The notes beneath the pieces are model-generated. The model searched no databases. It saw nothing but the letters and a program-made list of their open reading frames with translations, and was not told the origin of the DNA. 64,000 bases of DNA, taken from the NCBI GenBank assembly GCA_965206595.1, contig OZ242214.1:1504001-1568000 (forward strand). Reading direction: 5' to 3'. Source of the stretch: Candidatus Latescibacterota bacterium (lineage in GTDB: Bacteria > Latescibacterota > UBA2968 > UBA8231). Within the stretch, counting starts at the first letter, position 1. Every line of letters begins with the position of its first letter. The position numbers and the translations under genes were made by a program. Shown here piece by piece: positions 1 through 12,938 of this stretch.

Positions 1-640
1 GCGCGAGCTGACCGATCGTTCCGACCCCCATCTCCATGAATTTCTCTTCCGTGACTTTCCCGACTCCGGGGATCTTTCCAACCGGAAGTTCTCTGAGAAA
101 CTCATCAACTTGCCTTGGCATGACGACGACCAATCCGTCTGGTTTTCGCAGGTCGGAGGCCACCTTGGCAAGGTATTTATTGGGCGCCAGTCCCGCCGAG
201 GCAGTGAGTCGGATCCGTCGCCGGATATCGGATTTGAGCATCTTCGCGACCCTGTGCCCAAGGGGAACGCCGAGTTTGTTGTTGGTGACGTCGAGATAGG
301 CTTCGTCAAGAGCGACCGGTTCGATGAGATCCGTGTATTCGCTGAAGATTTCGTGAAGAGCTTGCGAAATCTCACGGTATTTACCGAAATCCCCGGATAC
401 GCGAATGACGTGAGGACAGCGAGCCAGGGCCGTTTTCATCGGCATGGCGGAATGGATCCCGAATACGCGGGCTTCGTAGGAGGCAGCGGCAACCACCCCG
501 CGGCCGCTTGGGTCGCCCCCGACTACTACTGGTTTTCCGGCGAGAGAGAGGTCGTCCCGCTGCTCGACCGAGGCGTAGAACGCATCCATGTCGACATGGA
601 TTACCTTGCGGTGTCCGGTAGTCGGGAGCGAAGGGTTCAT
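1..640 (-). CDS. dinB: DNA polymerase IV (Y-family), 3' part outside window
   Basis: Manual minus-strand translation from ATG at 640: MNPSLPTTGHRKVIHVDMDAFYASVEQRD...GVVAAASYEAR...LDEAYLDV...SAGLAPNKYLAKVASDLRKPDG; absent from the ORF track because it runs off the edge. Confidence 0.95.
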   Translation of the reverse strand, partial: MNPSLPTTGHRKVIHVDMDAFYASVEQRDDLSLAGKPVVVGGDPSGRGVVAAASYEARVFGIHSAMPMKTALARCPHVIRVSGDFGKYREISQALHEIFSEYTDLIEPVALDEAYLDVTNNKLGVPLGHRVAKMLKSDIRRRIRLTASAGLAPNKYLAKVASDLRKPDGLVVVMPRQVDEFLRELPVGKIPGVGKVTEEKFMEMGVGTIGQLA

Positions 641-670
641 CCCACCAAGGCCGCTGAAAACCGAAAGCGG

Positions 671-1675
671 CTAAACCGGGAATGGCAATTCGCTGACGGT
701 TACCGGAGAAGGGGTGCCCTCCACTCCCTCAAAGGTCAGTTCGGTACCGGGAACACAGAACTGATCGCGAACGTAGGCGAGGGCAATCTGGGAACCCAGG
801 GTGGGGGAATAGGCCGAGGAAGTGATTTCACCCGCTAGGCGTCCATCGCTCGAGACCAGCCTGGAGGATCCGTCGATTCGACCGGCAGCTGGCATCCGCA
901 GTCCGACCAGCCGCTGCTTCACCTTGTCGTACGTGTCCAGCCTGGCGATGACTTCCTGGCCCAGATAACACCCCTTGTCGAGGTGGATTGCTTGATCCAG
1001 CCCGGCTTCCCAGGGGTTGTGATCCTCCGTCAACTCCCGCTCCAGTGCCGGACAACCTTCTTCGACCCGGATGGTTTCAAAGCCGCCATCACTCAGTTGA
1101 ACTGCTCCCGCGCCATGCATACGCGAACCTAAGGTTCTGAGGTCAGAAAAATCCCCGATCATCCGGACGCCTGGAAGGCGGCCATAGTGCAGCCCGAGGA
1201 ACCTCTGCTTCTGGCCGTCGGTTGAGATCAGGCAATGGGGTGGGATCGTTCCGCCACCTTCCACCGCCGGGGCAATTTCGGAAAGGATGGCGCGTGACTC
1301 GGGACCGATTACGTCCATCGCGGTCGTTTCGGTAGTCAGGTCTCGAATCGAGATTTCTTCGGTGAAAATGTAGCGGTCGAGCCACTCGACCAGCCGCCCC
1401 CCGTTGGAGGAGGGGATTACAAGGAGGGTGTGATCACCATCGAGCCGCGTGAAGCTTCCGCAGGAAACGATGCGGCCACGGTTGTCGGGGAACACCGCCG
1501 CGAGTCCCTCGCCCGGTGGAAGGTCGAGGAAATGGTTGGTTGTCAGGCGGTGCAGGACGTCGAGGTGATCCGGGCCGGAAAACAGGAGACGCGTGTAGTG
1601 CGAGATATCCCTGAAAGCCGCTCGAGTTCTCGCGGCTGCAGTTTCCACCGATAGTTCCGCGCTGCAGTGATTCAA
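671..1675 (-). CDS. YgfZ/GcvT-family folate-binding aminomethyltransferase-like protein
   Basis: KGCYLGQEVIAR YgfZ signature; C-terminal GEITSSAYSPTLG...IALAYV; start (TTG) uncertain. Confidence 0.85.
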   Translation of the reverse strand: MNHCSAELSVETAAARTRAAFRDISHYTRLLFSGPDHLDVLHRLTTNHFLDLPPGEGLAAVFPDNRGRIVSCGSFTRLDGDHTLLVIPSSNGGRLVEWLDRYIFTEEISIRDLTTETTAMDVIGPESRAILSEIAPAVEGGGTIPPHCLISTDGQKQRFLGLHYGRLPGVRMIGDFSDLRTLGSRMHGAGAVQLSDGGFETIRVEEGCPALERELTEDHNPWEAGLDQAIHLDKGCYLGQEVIARLDTYDKVKQRLVGLRMPAAGRIDGSSRLVSSDGRLAGEITSSAYSPTLGSQIALAYVRDQFCVPGTELTFEGVEGTPSPVTVSELPFPV

Positions 1676-1917
1676 GAGGCTCGGTGCCCCGTAGGTTGGG
1701 CAATTTCAGCCATGATTCCGGTTCGAAATCATGAACCGGTTGAACCTTGCCCTGTTGTCCAGACCAAAATTCCTGTCGAAACGCTCCAAAATTCAATGAG
1801 GTGTTCTCATGCGCCAAATGTGGAGCGTTTCCTCAAATGGGTATGCGATGGAGTCAAGATACGGTTCATGGGTGCCGCGGCAAATCGAAATCTGCCGAAG
1901 AATTTGAGGGTTCAACC

Positions 1918-3244
1918 CACTACTGTCCGGTTGAGCGCTTTGAAGAATCGTGTAAGTAATGCATCTACAATGAGTTGTGCGAATAAATGACCGTTGTCGA
2001 TTTGAAATCGATCGTAGATTTGGGCCCTTCAGCACTGCATTAACCCGTGAGGGAATGGCCGATGCATACGGGACGAATGGTATTCTCACAGCTCATGGAT
2101 TTCCTACCCAGGCACGAGTTCAACAGATGCGTACATCGGTACCATGGCAATTACAGGACCCGGCACTTCAAGTGTCGCGATCAGTTTCTGAGCATGGCCT
2201 TTGCGCAGCTCACCGGTCGGGAAAGCCTACGGGACATCGAGACCTGTTTACGCGCGATGCAGCCCAAGCTGTATCATGCCGGCATTCGATACCCGGTTTC
2301 CAGGAGCACCCTGGCCGATGCCAACGAGAACCGGGACTGGCGCCTCTATGCCGACTTCGCTCAGGTGCTCATTGGCCACGCCCGCAAGCTATACAGCCAA
2401 GACGACTTCGGAGTACAACTCGAAGAGACGGCGTATGTCTTCGATTCCAGCACCATCGATCTGTGTCTTTCGCTGTTTCCGTGGGCCCGATTCCGTCAGC
2501 GCAAAGCCGCCATCAAGCTCCACACGTTGATGGATCTACGCGGCAATATCCCCTGTTTTATTCGCATTACAGAGGGGAAGACGCACGATGTCGGCCTGCT
2601 CGACGAATTGATTCTGGAACCGGGCGCCTTCTACATCATGGACCGCGGGTACATCGACTTTGCGCGGCCGTATACCTTCACGCAGCAGGCCGCGTTCTTT
2701 GTCATCCGCGCCAAACGCAATCTGGATTATACTCGGCGTAGGTCGCGCCCAGTCGACAAAAGCACCGGCTTGCGCAGCGACCAGACCATCGTACTGCACG
2801 GACCCGGGACCTCACAAGACTACCCCGATGTCCTGCGCCGCATCAGCTACGTCGACCTCGAGACGGCGAAGCGGTTCGTTTTTCTCACCAACCATTTCGT
2901 CCTTCCCGCCTTGACCATCCCGCAGTTGTACAAATGCCGCTGGCAGGGGGAGTTGTTCTTCAAGTGGATCAAACAACATCTGCAAATCAAAGCGTTCTTC
3001 GGCACCTCCGAGAACGCGGTCAAGACCCAGATCTGGATCGCTATCAGCACGTACGTGCTCGTGGCCATCGTCAAGAAGCAGCTACACGTCGACCGCCGTC
3101 TGGCCGAAATCCTGCAAATCTTCACCGTTTCGCTGTTCGAGAAAGTCGATATTTTACAATTGCTTACGGAAATCAGCTCCCAAAACCAATCAGAGCATCT
3201 TTGTAACCAGTTGAATTTGTTCGACTTATAACCGGACAGTAGTG
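1918..3244 (+). mobile_element. IS4-family insertion sequence, complete
   Basis: Perfect 15-bp terminal inverted repeats CACTACTGTCCGGTT (1918-1932) / AACCGGACAGTAGTG (3230-3244), flanked by direct repeat GGTTCAACC (1909-1917 and 3245-3253). Confidence 0.93.
2062..3231 (+). CDS. IS4-family DDE transposase (DUF4372-type N-terminus)
   Basis: MHTGRMVFSQLMDFLP N-terminus; FDSSTID, IMDRGY and YKCRWQGELFFKWIK (Y-R-E-K signature). Confidence 0.92.
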   Translation: MHTGRMVFSQLMDFLPRHEFNRCVHRYHGNYRTRHFKCRDQFLSMAFAQLTGRESLRDIETCLRAMQPKLYHAGIRYPVSRSTLADANENRDWRLYADFAQVLIGHARKLYSQDDFGVQLEETAYVFDSSTIDLCLSLFPWARFRQRKAAIKLHTLMDLRGNIPCFIRITEGKTHDVGLLDELILEPGAFYIMDRGYIDFARPYTFTQQAAFFVIRAKRNLDYTRRRSRPVDKSTGLRSDQTIVLHGPGTSQDYPDVLRRISYVDLETAKRFVFLTNHFVLPALTIPQLYKCRWQGELFFKWIKQHLQIKAFFGTSENAVKTQIWIAISTYVLVAIVKKQLHVDRRLAEILQIFTVSLFEKVDILQLLTEISSQNQSEHLCNQLNLFDL

Positions 3245-3253
3245 GGTTCAACC

Positions 3254-4293
3254 TATACTTGAGAGAACGCCAGAGACGCTCGATAAAGACGTTGTCCTTC
3301 CGTCTGCCCTTGCCGTCCATCGAGATCTCTACCCCGGCTTACTCGAGAACCTCGGTGAACTCCCGACTAGTGAACTGGCTGGCCCTGATCGGTGTTGAGG
3401 ATTTCCGGTTTCCGTAGCGGGCCAGCGCCTCCTGCAGGGCCTCCCGGCAGAACGTACTGTCCTGGGTGTTCGACAGCCGCCACGGAAGCACCGTGCGTGT
3501 CGCCCAGTCCATGATCACCACCAGACAGTGAAAACCTCGTTGCATCGGGATATAGGTCACGCCGGCACACCACACCTAGTTCGGCCGCTCGATCCTCAGA
3601 TGGCCGAGCCGATACGGATAGACCCGATGGGACCCATCCGGCGACGCGACGTCTGCGGCTTGCGATAAAGGGCCGTCAGTCCCATCTGTCGCATCAATCG
3701 ACCGCACGCGCTTGCGCGCCCGACCCCATGGCCTTGGCGCCGGGTGACGGGTCATCTGCCGGGACCCATACCATGGCGTGGCCAGAAACTGCTCGTCGAT
3801 GCGGCGCATCACCTGCCGGTTGAAGAAACTCTCCCCTCGACCCGCGTAGTAGTAGGAGGAGCGCGAAAGGGAGACCAAGTTGCACTGGCGCACGATTGGG
3901 AGCTGGGGATGATCCGGATCGATCATCGCTTCCCTTCGGTCGCGGCTCAACGACCGAAGGCGCGTGACAAAAAATCGTTCTCCACGGTCAGCTGCCGAAC
4001 TTGGCGTGCAGCGCTTCCACCTCCGTTTCATGCTCGGCGGCGCTGGAAGATGTCTTGCGGGCGAACACCTCCGGAAGGCTCTCCCGGGCTTGCCGTTTCC
4101 ATTGCGCAATCACGTTGGGGTGCAGGTTGTGCTTGGCAGCGGGCTCGGCCATCGTCTGGTCGCCGACCAGGGCCTACAAAGGCGACTTTGGCCTTGAATT
4201 GGGCGGAGAAGCTACGTCGTTTTCCCATGTCTCCAGTCCTTCCGCAGAGAGTCGGATCCACCTATCGAAACTGTCCGAATTCCGGGTCCACCT
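3254..4293 (-). pseudogene. Decayed IS3-family element (orfA/orfB with several frameshifts, 3'-truncated)
   Basis: Fragments in different frames: MGKRRSFSAQFKAKVA (orfA, ATG 4228), PIVRQCNLVSLSRSSYYY...PWYGSRQM, VTYIPMQRGF..VVIMDWATRTVL.WRLSNT, NTDQG, MDGKGRRKDNVFIERLWRSLKY; probable left end AGGTGGACCCGGAATTCGGACAG near 4271-4293. Confidence 0.88.
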
Positions 4294-4319
4294 CTGGGAT
4301 CTGAAATGTTGACGGTCGG

Positions 4320-4348
4320 TTGCGTGAGCAGAACCATTTTCCTATATT
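4320..4348 (+). promoter_or_regulatory. Putative sigma70 promoter for greA
   Basis: TTGCGT-17 bp-TATATT. Confidence 0.5.
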
Positions 4349-4529
4349 GGCTACATTACATACGGAACGACCCTGAGCGGAAGCGGTGGATCACTCCAAA
4401 CGCTTCCGCTTTTTATATGCACCTCTCGCAAGGCACCGGTGGGGAAGTTTCTGTATGGGTTTTCGCAGGTGGTGGACAAAGGGAGAGTCCACCCGTTGCA
4501 GCTTGCTCGAGGCCAGGAGTGTCATCCCA

Positions 4530-5000
4530 ATGAGCGAAGTGTACCTGTCGAGAGAAGGCTACCAGAAGCTCCAGGAGGAACTGCGTGAACTGAAGGGAAC
4601 CGAACGTCCGACGGTTCGAGCGGCCCTACAGCACGCGCGAGAGTTCGGGGACTTGTCCGAGAACGCAGAATACTCCGCGGCAAAGGAGCGTCTGATGTTT
4701 CTCGAGCAGCGGATCAACAAGCTCCAAGAGATCCTCAGCAGGGCTCGTCTCATCGAGAACGAGAACATCCCGGACGACAAGGTGTATATCGGGGCTACGG
4801 TCGAGCTGCTCGATCTCAAAAAAAACAGAGAATTTACATACACCTTGGTGTCTCCCGAAGAGGCCGACTTTGAGCAGGGAAAAATTTCCACGGTGTCACC
4901 GATCGGGAAAGGCCTTCTCGGCCACCAGGAGGGGGAGGAGGTCGAAATTCAGGTTCCTGCAGGACGCCTTCACTACAAGATTGTCAGCATTTCCCGCTGA
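4530..5000 (+). CDS. greA: Transcription elongation factor GreA
   Basis: AREFGDLSENAEYSAAKE and KISTVSPIGKGLLG; ATG at 4530 preceded by AGGAG. Confidence 0.96.
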   Translation: MSEVYLSREGYQKLQEELRELKGTERPTVRAALQHAREFGDLSENAEYSAAKERLMFLEQRINKLQEILSRARLIENENIPDDKVYIGATVELLDLKKNREFTYTLVSPEEADFEQGKISTVSPIGKGLLGHQEGEEVEIQVPAGRLHYKIVSISR

Positions 5001-5096
5001 AGTGCCCCAGCGACAACCGATCTAGGCGCAACTCCCGCTCCTACAAGCTGTTGGGTAGTTTCGTTTCAGACTGAGACACTACCAGCTGTTGGACAA

Positions 5097-5125
5097 TTGA
5101 CATACCAATACAAGTTACTTACCTT
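5097..5125 (+). promoter_or_regulatory. Putative sigma70 promoter for the tRNA-rpmG-secE-nusG cluster
   Basis: TTGACA-17 bp-TACCTT about 70 bp upstream of tRNA-Gly. Confidence 0.6.
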
Positions 5126-5194
5126 GAGTAGTCTGTAACTTTTTGGTGAATGCGGCTTGGTTCCGATGCCCTCTGGGACCGGGTTGCGAACGCT

Positions 5195-5271
5195 GCGGGA
5201 GTAGCTCAGTTGGCTAGAGCGCGAGCCTTCCAAGCTCGATGTCGCGGGTTCGAGTCCCGTTTCCCGCTCCA
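5195..5271 (+). tRNA. tRNA-Gly(TCC)
   Basis: GCGGGAG acceptor stem, anticodon loop CTTCCAA, GGTTCGAGTCC T-arm, encoded CCA. Confidence 0.96.
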
Positions 5272-5286
5272 TTTTCGAGTTACGAG

Positions 5287-5362
<76 letters not shown>

Positions 5363-5470
5363 GATACTCTCGTTGTTACAATTCTGTAGGAAACAGGTTA
5401 GGCCATGATACTGTCTTGGTTTTCGGGCCGTTTCGTTGCCTAGCGTCAGCTGAATCGAGACAGGCCCGGC

Positions 5471-5623
5471 ATGCCACGCGACCAGATTCACCTTGCATGC
5501 GACAGTTGCAGCAGGCAGAACTACACGACAACCAAGAACAGGCGCACACATCCCAGCCGCGTGGAGTACAGGAAATATTGCCGGTTCTGCCGCAAACACA
5601 CGTCTCATCGAGAGACCCGCTGA
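5471..5623 (+). CDS. rpmG: 50S ribosomal protein L33 (zinc-binding C+ type)
   Basis: Manual translation [50 protein letters not shown]. Confidence 0.95.
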   Translation: MPRDQIHLACDSCSRQNYTTTKNRRTHPSRVEYRKYCRFCRKHTSHRETR

Positions 5624-5658
5624 ATTTCTGCGCGGGTCGACTGACACACGAGTCTGTT

Positions 5659-5731
5659 AGGTCTGTAGCTCAATTGGTAGAGCACTGGTCTCCAAAACCA
5701 GCGGTTGCAGGTTCGAGTCCTGCCAGGCCTG
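5659..5731 (+). tRNA. tRNA-Trp(CCA), 3' CCA not encoded
   Basis: AGGTCTG/CAGGCCT acceptor stem, anticodon loop CTCCAAA, GGTTCGAGTCC; usual position between rpmG and secE. Confidence 0.95.
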
Positions 5732-5772
5732 GTTTTTTCCAGAGCGGGTAGTGGGAATCCGGGCTACTGGGG

Positions 5773-5961
5773 ATGTGGGAAAAAGTAACCACTTTTTTGG
5801 CTGAAGTTCGCACTGAGTTTACGAGGGTCATATGGCCAACGCGAACCGAACTGGTCAATTCGACCACCATTGTGATCGTTTTTTCCATAGCCTTCGCCAT
5901 CTTCATCGGGCTATTCGACCTGATTTTGTCCTACGTACGCTCCATCCTTCTTGCCTATTGA
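5773..5961 (+). CDS. secE: Preprotein translocase subunit SecE
   Basis: FLAEVRTEFTRVIWPTRTEL followed by one TM helix; synteny. Confidence 0.95.
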   Translation: MWEKVTTFLAEVRTEFTRVIWPTRTELVNSTTIVIVFSIAFAIFIGLFDLILSYVRSILLAY

Positions 5962-5976
5962 GGCCTCGTCGATAAC

Positions 5977-6573
5977 GTGACTTCCGCCCCTCCGCATTCC
6001 CATCCTACAGCAGCCGAATCGGCTCTCAAACAGTGGTATGCCCTGCACACCTACTCGGGACACGAAAACAAGGTAAAAACTTATCTGGAATCGCTGATCC
6101 AAGCAGGTGATGCGGGAGGAACCATCCACCAGGCAGTGGTCCCGACCGAAGAGGTTGTGGAGATGAAGGGTGGCAAGAAGACCGTTACCAAGAAGCGCTT
6201 TTTACCAAGCTACGTCCTCGTCGAAATGGAGATGAACAAGGACGCTTGGCACGTGGTCTCCAACATTCCCGGAGTGACGAATTTCGTTGGGCCTGCTCGC
6301 AAGCCGCAGGCGCTCACTCAGGAAGAGGTTGCCCACATTCTCGGCCACATAGATCGCCGCAAGTCGCAGGAGGTCGAGGAAATCCCGTTTCTGGTTGGGG
6401 ATCAGGTAAAGGTCAACGACGGGGCCTTCAAGGATTTTGTCGGAACGGTACAGGAGGTGATTCCCGAGAAACGCAGACTGAAGATAATGGTCAGCATTTT
6501 CGGGCGCGGGACCCCCGTCGAACTCGATGTCCTGCAGGTAGAGCCGGCGGAAGAGCGTCCAGCAAACCGTTGA
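5977..6573 (+). CDS. nusG: Transcription termination/antitermination factor NusG
   Basis: WYALHTYSGHENKV, FLPSYVLVEM, KOW motif, VSIFGRGTPVEL. Confidence 0.97.
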   Translation: MTSAPPHSHPTAAESALKQWYALHTYSGHENKVKTYLESLIQAGDAGGTIHQAVVPTEEVVEMKGGKKTVTKKRFLPSYVLVEMEMNKDAWHVVSNIPGVTNFVGPARKPQALTQEEVAHILGHIDRRKSQEVEEIPFLVGDQVKVNDGAFKDFVGTVQEVIPEKRRLKIMVSIFGRGTPVELDVLQVEPAEERPANR

Positions 6574-6618
6574 GGGGAAGGGCCAAACAGGCGATCAGGT
6601 GAGGCGAACAAATATCTA

Positions 6619-7083
6619 ATGGCAAAAAAGGAACTCGCAGTGATTAAGCTGCAGATACCCGCCGGGAGTGCGAGTCCAACTCCTCCCGTGGGGCCGGCGC
6701 TCGGCCAACACGGTGTCAACATCATGGAGTTTTGCAAGGCGTTCAACGCAAGAACTCAGGACCGCCAGGGGTTGATCGTACCAGTTGTAATAACCGTATA
6801 CGCCGACCGCAGCTTTACCTTCATTACCAAGACTCCACCGGCCTCGGTGTTGCTCAAAAAGGCGGCCGGTATCGAGAAGGGATCGGGAGTTCCAAACCGC
6901 GACAAGGTCGGTACCGTGACCCGCGACCAATTGGTCGAGATTGCCGAGGCCAAGATGGAAGACCTCAACGCCGACTCCATCGCCGCTGCCGTGGAAATGA
7001 TTGCCGGAACTGCACGCAGCATGGGTCTGATCGTCGCCTTCCCGGGGCAGAATCTGCAACAAGCCCAGGCATCGCAGGCCTAG
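6619..7083 (+). CDS. rplK: 50S ribosomal protein L11
   Basis: [25 protein letters not shown]. Confidence 0.98.
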   Translation: MAKKELAVIKLQIPAGSASPTPPVGPALGQHGVNIMEFCKAFNARTQDRQGLIVPVVITVYADRSFTFITKTPPASVLLKKAAGIEKGSGVPNRDKVGTVTRDQLVEIAEAKMEDLNADSIAAAVEMIAGTARSMGLIVAFPGQNLQQAQASQA

Positions 7084-7122
7084 GCGGGAAATCTTGGTCC
7101 CTAAGCGAGAGGAGAGAAGGAC

Positions 7123-7824
7123 GTGCCCAAGCGGAGCAAGAGCTATAAACAGGCTGTCGCCGTCTACGACCCACGCGAGACCGTGACGCTAGAAGCGGCT
7201 GTCAGGATGGTTCAGTCTTTTCCCAAGCGCGAATTCGACGAGTCCGTAGAGTTGGCGTTCAATCTCGGAATCGATGGTCGGCAGGCTGACCAATCGATTC
7301 GTGGTACGGTCATTTTGCCCCACGGAACGGGCAAGGAAGTCAGAGTTGTGGTCATCACTCAAGGGGAGCTTGTAAAGGAGGCAGCCGAGGCCGGGGCGGA
7401 CTTTGTAGGTGGTTCGGATATCGTCGAAAAGATTCAAAACGGATGGCTTGATTTCGATCTCGTAATCGCATCCCCCGACATGATGGGGCAAGTCGGGAAA
7501 CTCGGGAGGATCCTCGGTCCGAGAGGGATGATGCCGAACCCGAAGACAGGGACTGTAACCCGCGCCATTGCTCAGGCAGTCAGGGAATCCAAGGCAGGTC
7601 GCATTGAGTATCGCGCCGACAGCAAATCGGGCAATAATGCTCAGGCTCCGATCGGCAAACTTTCTTTTTCAGAGTCGGACCTGCTCGCCAATGCCAAGGT
7701 TTTTTCAGAGGCCATCCTGCGCAACCGACCGGCTTCGGCCAAGGGGCAGTTCATAAAAAAAGCGGTTCTGTCCTCGACGATGGGACCCGGAATTCGAATC
7801 GATCCCTCCTCCGTTTCCCTTTAG
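7123..7824 (+). CDS. rplA: 50S ribosomal protein L1
   Basis: [36 protein letters not shown]. Confidence 0.98.
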   Translation: MPKRSKSYKQAVAVYDPRETVTLEAAVRMVQSFPKREFDESVELAFNLGIDGRQADQSIRGTVILPHGTGKEVRVVVITQGELVKEAAEAGADFVGGSDIVEKIQNGWLDFDLVIASPDMMGQVGKLGRILGPRGMMPNPKTGTVTRAIAQAVRESKAGRIEYRADSKSGNNAQAPIGKLSFSESDLLANAKVFSEAILRNRPASAKGQFIKKAVLSSTMGPGIRIDPSSVSL

Positions 7825-7866
7825 CAGAGATTATGGAGCGTTCAAAAGGATTCAGCTAGGGAACCG

Positions 7867-8406
7867 ATGCCCACAGACGAAAAAAGAGAGTCGGTAGTCA
7901 ACCTGTCGCGGAAGATGTCTGAAGCCAAGTCCATCTTCCTTGCCGATTTCACCGGTGTCGACGTCGAATCGGTGACGCGATTGCGGCGTTCGCTGCGCGG
8001 CGCTTCGGTCGAATACGAAGTCGTCAAGAACAGGCTAGCCAAACTCGCCGTCGAGGATGCGGGACTGGAGGGGTTGACCTCCTATTTGAGAGGTCCGACG
8101 GCCATGGCCTTCGCCCTCGACGATCCTGTAGCGCCGGCAAAAATCCTGCAGCAATTTATCGACGACGGCGGCAAGCTCGCCATAAAAAGTGGTTACATGG
8201 ATGGGCAGGTGCTGACTGCCGACCGGGTTGTGGAGCTATCCAGGCTTCCCTCGCCCGAGGAATTGCTAGGCAGGGTCGTAAACTTGGTGCAGAGTCCGAT
8301 TTTCGACTTGGCCTCTACGCTGGCCTGTCTGCTTCGGAATGTAGTAGGCGTGTTGTCGGCCATCGAAGAACAGAAGCACAACGATCAATCGACAGACAAC
8401 CCATGA
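7867..8406 (+). CDS. rplJ: 50S ribosomal protein L10
   Basis: LRRSLR...[25 protein letters not shown]. Confidence 0.96.
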   Translation: MPTDEKRESVVNLSRKMSEAKSIFLADFTGVDVESVTRLRRSLRGASVEYEVVKNRLAKLAVEDAGLEGLTSYLRGPTAMAFALDDPVAPAKILQQFIDDGGKLAIKSGYMDGQVLTADRVVELSRLPSPEELLGRVVNLVQSPIFDLASTLACLLRNVVGVLSAIEEQKHNDQSTDNP

Positions 8407-8422
8407 TGGAGGTTCATCGACA

Positions 8423-8824
8423 ATGAGCGAAGAGGTAAATCGGAGCCCGAAGATTGAAGAAATTATCGAGACCGTTGGCAGCCTCACGGTGTTGGAGCTC
8501 GCTGAACTGGTAAAGGCGCTCGAGGAAAAGTTCGGCGTATCTGCGGCTGCGCCTGTGATGTTGGCTGGTGTTCCCGCCGATGGAGGTGATTCGGCGGCGG
8601 TCGCAGAAGAGAAGGACTCATTCGATGTTGTGCTGACCAGCGCCGGAGACAAAAAAATCCAGGTGATTAAGGTGGTCCGGGAGATCACCAGTCTTGGCCT
8701 GAAGGAAGCCAAGGCCCTCGTCGACGAAGCCCCCAAGGCGGTGAAGGAGGGTGTCACCAAGCAGGAGGCGGAGGAGATCCAGTCCAAACTCTCCGAAGTG
8801 GGCGGTACAGTAGAGATCAAGTAG
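8423..8824 (+). CDS. rplL: 50S ribosomal protein L7/L12
   Basis: [35 protein letters not shown]. Confidence 0.98.
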   Translation: MSEEVNRSPKIEEIIETVGSLTVLELAELVKALEEKFGVSAAAPVMLAGVPADGGDSAAVAEEKDSFDVVLTSAGDKKIQVIKVVREITSLGLKEAKALVDEAPKAVKEGVTKQEAEEIQSKLSEVGGTVEIK

Positions 8825-9058
8825 GCCAGTGCCAGAGCGGCTTTGCCCTAAAAAGCGATCTTCACCACGGTCTCCGGGGTTGCACGCCCATCCCATCCTG
8901 AGACACTGCAGCGTCCAAGCGAATATTTCCGAGCACCGTATCCCTCTCCTGCGCCGGATGCCGGCGGCTCCTTGTGTAGCGGGCAGTAAAGGTCTGTGCC
9001 CCGCCCCAATGTTGAGCAGACGGTACGCCACCATCCACCTCAAAGAGGAGGCCCACCC

Positions 9059-12850
<3,792 letters not shown>

Positions 12851-12938
12851 TTGAAAAGCTGACTCGGCGGGCCCAGCGAACCCGACATCGTGAGAATCTG
12901 CCGGTCGCACTCGACCTTACTGAATAAGGGAGCGCAAC

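Noticed and set aside
110-838. 242-aa plus-strand ORF
   Set aside because: Antisense shadow of dinB, which has clear motifs on the minus strand
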